The notes below the pieces were generated by a model, which worked only from the letters and a program-made list of their open reading frames with translations, was not told the origin of the DNA and searched no databases. From Planctomycetaceae bacterium (GTDB lineage: Bacteria; Planctomycetota; Planctomycetia; Pirellulales; Thermoguttaceae), in the NCBI GenBank assembly GCA_012719125.1, contig JAAYAY010000013.1, forward strand, positions 1 to 64,000: a stretch of 64,000 bases of DNA, given 5' to 3'. This document shows positions 45,201-53,183 of this stretch, one piece after another. Position 1 is the stretch's first letter; every line of letters begins with the position of its first letter. A program made the translations under genes and the position numbers.

Positions 45201-45534
45201 GTCGGATTCCGAGGGCGAGACCGATCCCGGGGCAAACGGCGAGGGAGAACAAACCTCGGCCCTCGAACGACTGCTCGACGAGATCGCGGGCGACGTGAGC
45301 ACCAGCGTCTTCGACGCCCTCCTCTACGCCAAGACTGTTCCCGCCGACGCGCGCGAAGAACCGCCGGTTCCCGCTGACGAATCCCAGCCGGTTCCCCTGC
45401 CCACCGAGGAAGCGGCTCCTCCTGCTGAAGCCTCTGGGGCCGGGCAAACCCAGTCGGCTGCGGAGACCGAACTGGCCTCTGAGAAGCCCGAGAAGCCCGA
45501 AAAGGCTCCGCAAGGAGAGACCGTCAACTCCTAG
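42238..45534 (+). CDS. Giant secreted protein: N-terminal cyclophilin-type PPIase domain fused to multiple He_PIG/cadherin-like Ig repeats, acidic C-terminal tail
   Basis: Planctomycete-type N-terminal motif 'RVEALEPRRVLAAP'. Cyclophilin core 'MVFELFEGRAPETTSRIIEIAESDWYDDRIFHRVIDGFMIQGG...SGLLAMAKAG..NDSQFFIT...HTIFGKL'. Repeated 'PAGMTIDSATGEIRWTP', 'VIDETSGLLSWTP', 'PAGLTIDAQTGRIRWDVP' (He_PIG-like). Acidic tail rich in E/P/A. Confidence 0.8.
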   Translation: MSTVQGFRFPQQRTKKATTARSSRVEALEPRRVLAAPTLADLPSEINIYAGAPVHLALGGADADGDSLTYTVSSTNPQISASIPKQEAPNGNRSMRITVQGYGQMVFELFEGRAPETTSRIIEIAESDWYDDRIFHRVIDGFMIQGGSRDGLGINGTGTQFDDEYDVELQFTSSGLLAMAKAGDDTNDSQFFITDVPSGGYSYPRWLDFNHTIFGKLTSGDNVREAISAAATNSSDRPTTDIVIESVEIFQDTQNAVMMIAAPHGTYDTGNITVTVSDGKGGTASKTVQVNVLPDGNNNNPFLGPIDPIRLAIDQPYSFQLNATDVEGDKIYYQAELLTDTDDITVEVSESGLVTITPKNEVVGVAEIAFRVGPTAASLVPDEYGDYEEATIDAQIVTIEIPPAKPVISFAPGADTGVLDGNTSKDNSSGKELFFEVKNLQATSELAIYLQGVQVGYEQIARIPQGDGTSNFVATIRLRSEMVLDDGNYTLHIQQLLPLDSELYGDQKLASDVSEPLEFSVDTAPPVITSEAVDVAFQGEEYFYDVDSDDEGDDDVYYELQIPFPAGMTIDSATGEIRWTPAATAGFTEEVVVRVTDGAGNKGEQSFEITVYAPLEISLEEGDTSVDELQTVTLILEASNPADSASSLVITLQDGVLPAEAYTLEQLDGNRARFTWTTGEADGPGVYDLVFGANDGADARGSETIRITVSEVNQAPEFTEVFDEWTGAEEERIDLQFVASDGDLPANELLFNLFGEVPDGAVIDETSGLLSWTPDEIDGGRTFEFGVRVTDSGGLSDEHTIVITVVENQKAPVFDPTPPQRVTEGEVLDFVVAAHDPDVPAHALEYQLEGDVPAGLTIDAQTGRIRWDVPEGYLPGTTLEGTLELTVVAREVVAATEVGQIARQTVEITVVDGLADLVAATLTLAETAISDPLAGPTTVSLTALTLDRGSEVPTVSQKAEFYDDRGFFGTLFGPIGTGGGIEPGTKEKSDSEGETDPGANGEGEQTSALERLLDEIAGDVSTSVFDALLYAKTVPADAREEPPVPADESQPVPLPTEEAAPPAEASGAGQTQSAAETELASEKPEKPEKAPQGETVNS

Positions 45535-45741
45535 CATCTCGCACCGGAAACACGCCGGGATCATCGGCCGGTCTCCAGCTTTCTATCATTCCAAGTTCTT
45601 GTCGGGGAATAGGTTGCGCTTCCTGATCCAGGACCGGCAGCCTGCAAGACGCTTGATCTAGTGGCATACCACGCCCGACCTGAGAGGGAGTTTTTTTGGG
45701 GATCGGGCTGAAGGTCTGGATAAAGTTTGTCGATTATTCCT

Positions 45742-45751
45742 ATCACGTGAT
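45742..45751. promoter_or_regulatory. Perfect 10-bp palindrome ATCACGTGAT upstream of the secretin gene
   Basis: 'atcacgtgat' lies in an AT-richer stretch about 70 nt upstream of the secretin start at 45820. Confidence 0.3.
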
Positions 45752-45819
45752 CTTTGCGGATTGCGCTCAGATTTCGTGTTGACCCCCAAACATGGTGATG
45801 GGTTCCGGGAAACCAGACA

Positions 45820-48800
45820 ATGACCAGACCGCTAACGTGCGCTTCAGACAGGGTAGTTGGTGTTCGTTGGTGGGCCTTGGCAGCAACAGCGTTGGCAGTT
45901 GTGCCTTGGAGTTGCCCAGGATTGCACGCTGCGGAGTATCAGCGGCCGGTCTACCCGGCCACTCAAGGCGCGTATCAGGCACAGGTCCCTGTTTCGCGAG
46001 CGGCGACGCCCGTGCAGCGGATCCCGGCCTACGCCTCGAATCCTCCTCAGGGAATGCAGCAGGCCACGTACTCAGACGCGTTGGCCGGTGGGACGGAGCC
46101 GGTCCTGCGGGCCTATTCCTGCACGCCGGCCCAGGGTGCCGTGCTCGACGCCACTCTGAACGAGCAGTTCAGAGGCCAAGGCAATGTGCGGATCGTCCTC
46201 GACCGCGGAGCCAGCCAACTTTTGGTCATGGCGCCCGAGCCGATCCAGCAACAGATCGCGGCCCAGATTCGAGCGGTGACCGCGGTCGCGGCAACGGTGC
46301 CCCAGCCCATGCCCGTGCAGCCGGTCGGCACCACTCCCATCGCGGCGCCTGCGAATGCTCAACGCCGCGAGTATCAACTCAGATATCTGACGGCAGCACG
46401 GCTGGAGGCGATTCTCCAGACCGCACTCGGGAATCGTTGGAGCCCGCTCCAGCAACCTGCCGGGGCACCGCCGGCTTATCACCTCCTGGTCGGGGGACGA
46501 CCCGATTTCACCATCTGGCTCGACCACGGTCGGAACCGATTGCTGCTCCAAGGCCCCGGGGGAAAGCCCTATGAGTCCTGTGCTCGACTGATCGAGTTGC
46601 TTGACACGCCCAACTCTTCGGACGGCTCGAGCCGCTGCCTGGTGTCGCTCACTACGGTCAGCACCGACGATCTCACTGCGGTCGTCAACGCCATTCATAC
46701 GACCAACGGTCCGGTGTCGCCCCGCAGGAGTGCGATCGGGCCCGCCAATGTCGTTCTGGCGCAGGCTACCGGACCGGCCGAGCAGCCGGCTGCTCTCGCG
46801 GCGCCGGGCGACCGCGAAGAAGTCACGGCCACCGTACCGTTTCCGGGCGGCGCCGAGCCTTCTGCCGGCACCGGGTTGATGGGGCCCGTTCAGATCGAAA
46901 TGGTCGAAGGCCTCGGTGTGCTCGTCATCAAGGGCGACAAACGCGACGTGGCCCAGGTGGTGAAACTGATCCAGGAAATCCAACAGATGAGCGATTTGAC
47001 CGAACCATCGGTCGTCGTGCACCCGCTCACTCACGTGAACTGCGAAGCGCTGGCCACTTTGGTGAGCACCCTCTACAGCGAAGTCTTCTCCACCCGGCAG
47101 GGGACGGTGAGCATCACCGCCCTGGTGAAGCCGAACGCCCTGCTGTTGATCGGACGCCCCGAGAACGTCGATACGGTCGTCAACCTGGTCAAACGCCTGG
47201 ACCGCCCGGTCCCACCGGAATCGCAGTTCAAAGTGTTTCGTCTCCGCCACGCCGCGGCGGCGACTGCCCAGGAAACGATCGAGCAGTTCTTCCAGGACAG
47301 CGAAGGGGAGCAACTGGCCGGATTGGGAACGCGGGTCCATGTGCTTGCCGATTTCCGCTCCAACTCGCTGATCGTCCGGGCGAGCCCCCGCGATATGCTC
47401 GAAGTCGAGCGCATGATCAACGAGATCGACACGCGCGACGCTACGGCCGTCAACGATCTGCGCGTCTTCAAATTGAAGAACTCCCTGGCCGAAGACCTGG
47501 AACCCATCCTGCAAAACGCCATCGCCGGGCAGCAAACGGGGCAGGCCCAACAGAACGTCGAGCAGAAATCGATCGGTCTGCGGCTAGTGACCATCGATTC
47601 GGCCGGGCAGAAACTGCTCAGTTCGGGTATCCTCACCGACGTGCGCGTGACCGCGGATCCGCGAGCCAACGCCCTGTTGATCTCGGCCCCGGCCGAAAGC
47701 ATGCCGCTGATCGAGGCCCTGATCAACCAGCTCGATCAACTGCCCGTCGCCGAAGCCCAGTTGAAGGTCTTCACGATCGTTAATGGCGATGCGGCCGCCC
47801 TGGTCGACATGCTCGAAGCCCTGTTCGGCCAGACCACCACGAACCAGAGCGAACCGCCGGTTCGCACCGGGGCTGCTGAGGGCGACAGCTCGCTCGTCTC
47901 GCTGCGATTTGCCACCGACGTCCGCACCAACAGCATCATCGCATCGGGCAGCCTGGGCGATCTGGCCGTGGTCGAGGCCATTCTGTTGCGGCTGGACGAA
48001 AGCGATGTTCGCGAGCGGAAGACCACGGTCTATCGCTTGAAGAACGCGCCGGCTCCCGACGTGGAGACCGCCATCAACGAATACCTCGATCAGGAGCAGC
48101 AGCTTCCCAACATCGGCGAAGGCCTGTTCAGCACCTTCGAGCTTCTCGATCGGGAAGTCATCGTGGTCGCCGAAACGGTCAGCAACAGCCTGATCGTCAG
48201 CGCCACGCCCAAGTACTACGACGAAATCAAATCCCTGGTCGAACAGCTCGACGAACGGCCCGGCATGGTCATGATCCAGGTGCTGATCGCCGAGGTCTAC
48301 CTCAACGACACTGAAGAGTTCGGCATCGAACTCGGCTTGCAGGACTCCGTTCTGTTCGATCGCAGCCTGCTGGGCGATATCACGACCATTAGCCGCACCA
48401 CCCAGGAGCCTGGCCTGGCGCAGGTCGTCACCCAGCAGATCGTCACTGCCACGAACGAACCGGGCTTTCTGTTCAACGACCTGACAAGTCCCCTGGGCAA
48501 CAGCGGGGCGTCGAACGCACTGGCCCAGTCTAATGTGGTCGGAGGTCAAGGCCTCTCCAACTTCGGCGTGGGGCGAATCAACAGCGAGCTCGGATTCGGC
48601 GGGCTGGTCATGTCGGCTTCGAGCGAGTCGGTGAGCGTGCTTCTGAGAGCCCTCAAGGAAGACCGGCGGATCAACATCCTCAGCCGGCCCCAGGTCATGA
48701 CCCTCGACAATCAGCCCGCCTCCATCCAGGTCGGCGAACGCGTTCCCACCATTAGCGGCAGCGAGACCAACGATGCGGGCGGGTTGACCAACCAGATCGA

Positions 48801-49602
48801 TTTCCAGGACGTCGGCCTGATTGTCGGGGTGACGCCCCGCATCAGCCCCGACGGGCTGGTGGTGATGGAGATCGACGCCGAGAAGTCGGAAGTCGGCCCC
48901 GAAGCCGAAGGCATTCCCGTTTCGGTCTCCGAAGGGGTGACCATTCGCAGCCCGCGAATCAAAACAATCACCGCCGCGACAACGGTCAGTGCGTTGGACG
49001 GGCAGACGGTGGTGCTCGGCGGTCTGATCACGTCGAACAAGACCAAGGTCGATCGGCGCGTGCCCTGGCTGTGCGAGATTCCGATCCTCGGTCAACTCTT
49101 CCGCTACCAAGGGTATACGTCCAAGAGGAGCGAACTGCTGATCATCATGACGCCGCGAATTGTGAAAAACGAGCAGGATGCCGAAATCGTCATGCAAACG
49201 GAAGCCGCTCGCATGAGTTGGTGTCTCAACGACGTGCTCGAACTTCACGAAGACGTCGCTCTCCGCCCACGCGGCGGCGAGTGGAAAGACGACGAAACGA
49301 CCACGATCTATCCCGACGGAAAGCCGACACCCGAGGAACTCGACAGCCTCGACAAGACTCCTCTCGATCCCCCCGCCTCGCCCACCGTGGCGCCTCCGGC
49401 GGATCCCTCGGCCGGCGCCCAACGCGGACGTTTCACGCCGGCAAACCGCCCCGGGACTTCCTATGTCGCCCCGGCCAACTATGAATCGAACCTGGACGCC
49501 GCGGCCCGCCCAACCGGCGGGGTTTATCCGGCCACGGGTTCCTACAGTTCCGCCGGACAAGCCTCTCCAACCGCCTCGTCCTATCCGTCAACAGGCTATT
49601 GA
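45820..49602 (+). CDS. Type II/III secretion-system secretin family protein (GspD/PilQ-like), unusually long (1,260 aa) with Pro/Ser/Tyr-rich C-terminal extension
   Basis: Signal 'WWALAATALAVVPWSCPGLHA'; repeated N-domains ('LRVFKLKNSLAEDLEPIL', 'LKVFTIVNGDAAALVDML', 'TVYRLKNAPAPDVETAI'). Secretin domain 'TTVSALDGQTVVLGGLITSNKTKVDRRVPWLCEIPILGQLFRYQGYTSKRSELLIIMTPRIV'. Confidence 0.9.
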   Translation: MTRPLTCASDRVVGVRWWALAATALAVVPWSCPGLHAAEYQRPVYPATQGAYQAQVPVSRAATPVQRIPAYASNPPQGMQQATYSDALAGGTEPVLRAYSCTPAQGAVLDATLNEQFRGQGNVRIVLDRGASQLLVMAPEPIQQQIAAQIRAVTAVAATVPQPMPVQPVGTTPIAAPANAQRREYQLRYLTAARLEAILQTALGNRWSPLQQPAGAPPAYHLLVGGRPDFTIWLDHGRNRLLLQGPGGKPYESCARLIELLDTPNSSDGSSRCLVSLTTVSTDDLTAVVNAIHTTNGPVSPRRSAIGPANVVLAQATGPAEQPAALAAPGDREEVTATVPFPGGAEPSAGTGLMGPVQIEMVEGLGVLVIKGDKRDVAQVVKLIQEIQQMSDLTEPSVVVHPLTHVNCEALATLVSTLYSEVFSTRQGTVSITALVKPNALLLIGRPENVDTVVNLVKRLDRPVPPESQFKVFRLRHAAAATAQETIEQFFQDSEGEQLAGLGTRVHVLADFRSNSLIVRASPRDMLEVERMINEIDTRDATAVNDLRVFKLKNSLAEDLEPILQNAIAGQQTGQAQQNVEQKSIGLRLVTIDSAGQKLLSSGILTDVRVTADPRANALLISAPAESMPLIEALINQLDQLPVAEAQLKVFTIVNGDAAALVDMLEALFGQTTTNQSEPPVRTGAAEGDSSLVSLRFATDVRTNSIIASGSLGDLAVVEAILLRLDESDVRERKTTVYRLKNAPAPDVETAINEYLDQEQQLPNIGEGLFSTFELLDREVIVVAETVSNSLIVSATPKYYDEIKSLVEQLDERPGMVMIQVLIAEVYLNDTEEFGIELGLQDSVLFDRSLLGDITTISRTTQEPGLAQVVTQQIVTATNEPGFLFNDLTSPLGNSGASNALAQSNVVGGQGLSNFGVGRINSELGFGGLVMSASSESVSVLLRALKEDRRINILSRPQVMTLDNQPASIQVGERVPTISGSETNDAGGLTNQIDFQDVGLIVGVTPRISPDGLVVMEIDAEKSEVGPEAEGIPVSVSEGVTIRSPRIKTITAATTVSALDGQTVVLGGLITSNKTKVDRRVPWLCEIPILGQLFRYQGYTSKRSELLIIMTPRIVKNEQDAEIVMQTEAARMSWCLNDVLELHEDVALRPRGGEWKDDETTTIYPDGKPTPEELDSLDKTPLDPPASPTVAPPADPSAGAQRGRFTPANRPGTSYVAPANYESNLDAAARPTGGVYPATGSYSSAGQASPTASSYPSTGY

Positions 49603-49631
49603 TGCACTTTCGCTGCAAGGATATCGTTCCA

Positions 49632-50585
49632 ATGACACTCCGGATTCGTGAAACGGCGGTCCGCTCTTGGTGCGTGCTTCTGGTGGTCACGGCCTGTCTG
49701 GCAAGCGGCTGTGCCCAATGGGACTTGAAGAAGTCCTGGACGCCCTCCCTGTTCGGTGACGGCAACGACAAGCCTCAGATACCTAACCGGGTCGTTGCCG
49801 TGTGGGTCGACACGATCCGCTACACCCAGGGCCAACCTCCCACGCGAGGATTCGGCGGTCGCTTGATGTTCTACCAGAAGGACGAAGAGAAGCCGGTCAA
49901 GGTCGAAGGCGAACTGGTGGTCTACGCCTTTGACGAAGAAGATCGGAAGCCCACCGATCCGCGCCCGACACGCAAGTATGTCTTCCCGGCCGACCAAATC
50001 GACGCGTACTACAGCGAGTCGAAGATCGGGCACTCCTACAGCTTCTTTGTGCCCTGGGACGAAGTGGGCGGATATCGCAAGAACATCAGTCTGATTGCTC
50101 GCTTCCAGCCGAAACTGGGACCGGTCGTTGTCGGCGAGCAGACCCACCACATCCTGCCCGGCAAACCGTTGCCGGAGGATCTGCAGAACGCGAGTGCGGA
50201 AACAGACTACGCAGGCTCGGTACGGGCAGCCTCATTCAGTTCGCCCACGCCGGAGGAAAAGCCATACGACCCGAACCGCGCGCGAATGAAATCGACCACC
50301 ATCCCGCTGTCGCCCTCGTTCGGCCGGCAGACGCCTAAGGCCGAGGTCCGGCGCCGCTCGGTGGGCTCGCAGACTAGGGCGTCGGTTCCAGCAACGCAGG
50401 CGCTTCCTGAGAATCCGGACTCGCCGCAACCTTCAACTGATTCTCAACTTTCCAGATCCCGGCCTCAAGCATCGCCAATCGTTCGGCGAGAAGGCGATCG
50501 TGCTCTGTCGACACCACGCCTCGCAGCGTGGCGGTCCCCTGGTCGACCGACACTTCCAAAGGCGTCCGGTTCTGAATCCAAGTAG
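49632..50585 (+). CDS. Lipoprotein of unknown function immediately downstream of the secretin (pilotin-like position), low-complexity C-terminus
   Basis: Lipobox 'LLVVTACLASGCAQ'; starts about 30 nt after the secretin stop. Conserved-looking core 'VVAVWVDTIRYTQG...RLMFYQKDEEKPVKVEGELVVYAFDE'; the C-terminal S/P/R-rich tail overlaps a convergent gene. Confidence 0.6.
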   Translation: MTLRIRETAVRSWCVLLVVTACLASGCAQWDLKKSWTPSLFGDGNDKPQIPNRVVAVWVDTIRYTQGQPPTRGFGGRLMFYQKDEEKPVKVEGELVVYAFDEEDRKPTDPRPTRKYVFPADQIDAYYSESKIGHSYSFFVPWDEVGGYRKNISLIARFQPKLGPVVVGEQTHHILPGKPLPEDLQNASAETDYAGSVRAASFSSPTPEEKPYDPNRARMKSTTIPLSPSFGRQTPKAEVRRRSVGSQTRASVPATQALPENPDSPQPSTDSQLSRSRPQASPIVRREGDRALSTPRLAAWRSPGRPTLPKASGSESK

Positions 50586-51072
50586 AGTTCGTCATCCGTT
50601 CGGCAAGCCGCGAGGCAACCGCAGACGGCGCCCGTGACGGCGCAATCGTGCTGGGCTTGGGCGGAGTGAAGCCGAGTTGCAGGACAACGCGAACCTCGTC
50701 CCGCTGTCGCCCGCGTCCGCCGCTCCGATTGACGTTGGCGCTGCTCGCGCCGCCACCCCGGCGGATATTGCGACTGCGAGAACTCTGGTTTCCTCCGTCG
50801 GCGGAAGCGGCGCCGACAAAACCCGCGTCCGCCGAATCGGCCCCCACGAAGGCGTTTTGGCGGTTGTCGCGCATGAACCGCGCATTCGTGTCGACCTGAC
50901 CCGCGCTGCCGACGCCAAAGCTGCCCGCGCTGCCCTGACCGCCTGTCTGGCCACTGACCTGGAACCCGGCCTGATTGCTTCGCGCGCCGCCCGCTCGCTG
51001 CTGGGCAAACGACTCCTGCCCCACAAAACCGGCGACTGATACAACGGCTGCAATGATCAGATAGCGACGCAT
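50374..51072 (-). CDS. Secreted BON-domain protein with Gly/Ser/Ala-rich linker
   Basis: Signal 'MRRYLIIAAVVSVAGFVGQESFA'; C-terminal BON domain 'LEVSVDQGTATLRGVVSTEHDRLLAERLAMLEAGIWKVENQLKV'. Confidence 0.65.
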   Translation of the reverse strand: MRRYLIIAAVVSVAGFVGQESFAQQRAGGARSNQAGFQVSGQTGGQGSAGSFGVGSAGQVDTNARFMRDNRQNAFVGADSADAGFVGAASADGGNQSSRSRNIRRGGGASSANVNRSGGRGRQRDEVRVVLQLGFTPPKPSTIAPSRAPSAVASRLAERMTNSTWIQNRTPLEVSVDQGTATLRGVVSTEHDRLLAERLAMLEAGIWKVENQLKVAASPDSQEAPALLEPTP

Positions 51073-51394
51073 CGGATTCTCCCCTCGGAAACTCATCCTT
51101 CGGAAAGGCGGTGATCCTTACCTACATCGTACACCTCGGCCAGCAAAGCACAATATGCACCCGGGCTTCAGCACAACGGGAGCGACCGACGAACCTTGCC
51201 GAACCTACCACCGATGGGTGTCAACGATCGTAACGGCCATGCAGATGGTCGGGGTAATCCGTGCCATGGCGAAGGTGACGCCTTTCCGGTCGGCACCGTC
51301 GTCAAACCCCGCATATTCCTACGTAGCCGAGTCTCTCCAAGACTCAACACCGATCCGATCGCGAAGTCTCGCCACGCTTTTTCGGGGGCCAACG

Positions 51395-52753
51395 TCACAT
51401 GGCCCTCGTCGACGGGTAGATCGGAATCGAACCGCCGGTCAGGGGGGAGAAAACCGGGACTCGCACGGATCGGTCGACCGGCGGCAAGGGCGCGAACCCG
51501 GGCGGCGCAGAAGACGCCATAGAACGGCGATTCTGCCCGGAGTAGCCGGTGGAGACGGAACTGCGGCCATAGCCGTCGTCTGATCGGGAGTAGCCCCAGC
51601 TCTCCGTCGACCGGGGTTCATTCTCAACCGGCACAAGTCCCAGATTGCTGCTGGCGGGAACGGCGCCGGCGGAGGCTGCTGCCGAGTCCTCATACGAGGG
51701 GGGACTGTACGCGTAAGGGCCCGACGGCAGCGCGGTAACGGATTCGCCGCCCGGCCAGGTGCTGGAATCGTCGGCAGCAGCCTCCTGCCGTTCGCCGTAG
51801 CGAGTGGGAGAACGGTCGTTGTCGAACGATGAGTCGTTCCCGTAGGAATCACTCAGAGAGTTGTCCCGAGAGTTGTTGTTGCCGTAGGTGTTTTCGTCGG
51901 TGTTGCTATAGGTGTTGCCGTAGCTGTCGGAACTGTCGCCATAGGACGAGTCATCCCGGTGGGAGTAGCTGTCGTCGGCATAGGAATTCGTTCCATACGG
52001 ATCGTATTCTGAATCCCCGTTCGACTCGTCCCTGCTCGAGTCGTTCCAGGAATAGTCGTTTCCCGTCTCTGTGTCGTCCCCGGCCAGAGTCGCCCGCGAT
52101 TTCCCGCTGCTCCCCCCCGAACCATAAGTGTCGGACTTGGCTCGGCTCTTGTTGCGACGATTGCGTTTGGCACTTGCAGAATCGTCCTGGTTGGACGAAT
52201 CCTTGCTCCCGTAGCCGTCGTACCCGTCCTTGGAGGACGTGGAATCCTCGTCGCAGTAACCATAGGAATCGCCGCGGCTGTCCGAAGCGTCTTCGTCCGA
52301 GCTGTCTTCTTCCTCGTGGCTCTTTCCAGACGAGTAGCGATTACTCGCGTAGCTGGAGCCGTATAACGAAGAGTACTTGCTTGACGACTCCTCTTCATTC
52401 AACTCGTCCGATTCTTCTTCCTCTTCTTCCCCGTAGGAACGATGCGAACCGTAGGAATACGAACTGTATTCGGATTTTCCCTCCGAATCGTCGTTCCCGT
52501 AGCTCGACCAACTGGAGCGGCAGCCGGACGACGATACCTCCGCGGCTTCATCGGTGTCGGCCCCGTAACGGCCCCCTGCCTTGTCCGAATCTGTCGCATC
52601 GCCGGTCGATTCGGCACAAACCACCACCCGCGTCGAAGAAGACGCTTCCGGGACTGCAGCCATCTCGAGGACCACGGGGAATCGGGCCGTATTGAACCCG
52701 ATACACGTGGCCACGAGCATCACGACGGCGATGGCGGCAGGGATTCTTGGCAT
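51395..52753 (-). CDS. Secreted, strongly acidic Ser/Asp/Tyr/Gly-rich low-complexity protein (452 aa)
   Basis: Signal/TM 'MPRIPAAIAVVMLVATCIGF'; then near-continuous S/D/Y/G/E/N repeats ('SEYSSYSYGSHRSYGEEEEEESDELNEEESSSKYSSLYGSSYASNRYSSGKS', 'DSSYGDSSDSYGNTYSNTDENTYGNNNSRDNSLSDSYGNDSSFDND'). Uninterrupted 1.36-kb ORF despite lower local GC. Confidence 0.55.
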   Translation of the reverse strand: MPRIPAAIAVVMLVATCIGFNTARFPVVLEMAAVPEASSSTRVVVCAESTGDATDSDKAGGRYGADTDEAAEVSSSGCRSSWSSYGNDDSEGKSEYSSYSYGSHRSYGEEEEEESDELNEEESSSKYSSLYGSSYASNRYSSGKSHEEEDSSDEDASDSRGDSYGYCDEDSTSSKDGYDGYGSKDSSNQDDSASAKRNRRNKSRAKSDTYGSGGSSGKSRATLAGDDTETGNDYSWNDSSRDESNGDSEYDPYGTNSYADDSYSHRDDSSYGDSSDSYGNTYSNTDENTYGNNNSRDNSLSDSYGNDSSFDNDRSPTRYGERQEAAADDSSTWPGGESVTALPSGPYAYSPPSYEDSAAASAGAVPASSNLGLVPVENEPRSTESWGYSRSDDGYGRSSVSTGYSGQNRRSMASSAPPGFAPLPPVDRSVRVPVFSPLTGGSIPIYPSTRAM

Positions 52754-53183
52754 GGTCTTGTTTTCTCGTTTCCGTCGCTCCAAGCGACCGAGAAAACATA
52801 CACGCCGAGCCGAGCGCTGCAAGCGCGGAACAGACCAAATCGCAGGGTTTTTCTCCGCCCTGGCACGGCACGAGTCGGTTAGCGAAACCTTGCCGTTTTT
52901 CGGCGGAGGTTCACATCGAAAGCACCAGGAATTCGGGCAAGGCAAGAGAGAGAAGAGACGTAATCACGGCACTGTGAACCGATGAATCCGTACGGTAAGG
53001 CTGTAGCAGATGGGCGCTCTCCGGGGTAGGACTCTGCCGAGTTTGTGGGTGGGACCGTCGCGGCGGTTCTCTCGGATATCTACGTAGCCTTGATCTCCTC
53101 CGGGCTCGTTCCGATGGACAGCGTCACCTCGCCCCATTCCTCGGGCGCAAGGCGTTCCACAAGAACGGACCAGATCAGATCGT

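Noticed and set aside
51420-51470. tRNA-like T-arm motif 'GGTTCGATTCC' on the minus strand
   Set aside because: Flanking sequence does not form a T-stem (only 3 of 5 base pairs), and no acceptor-stem complement is found 60-70 nt upstream. It is not a tRNA or tmRNA.
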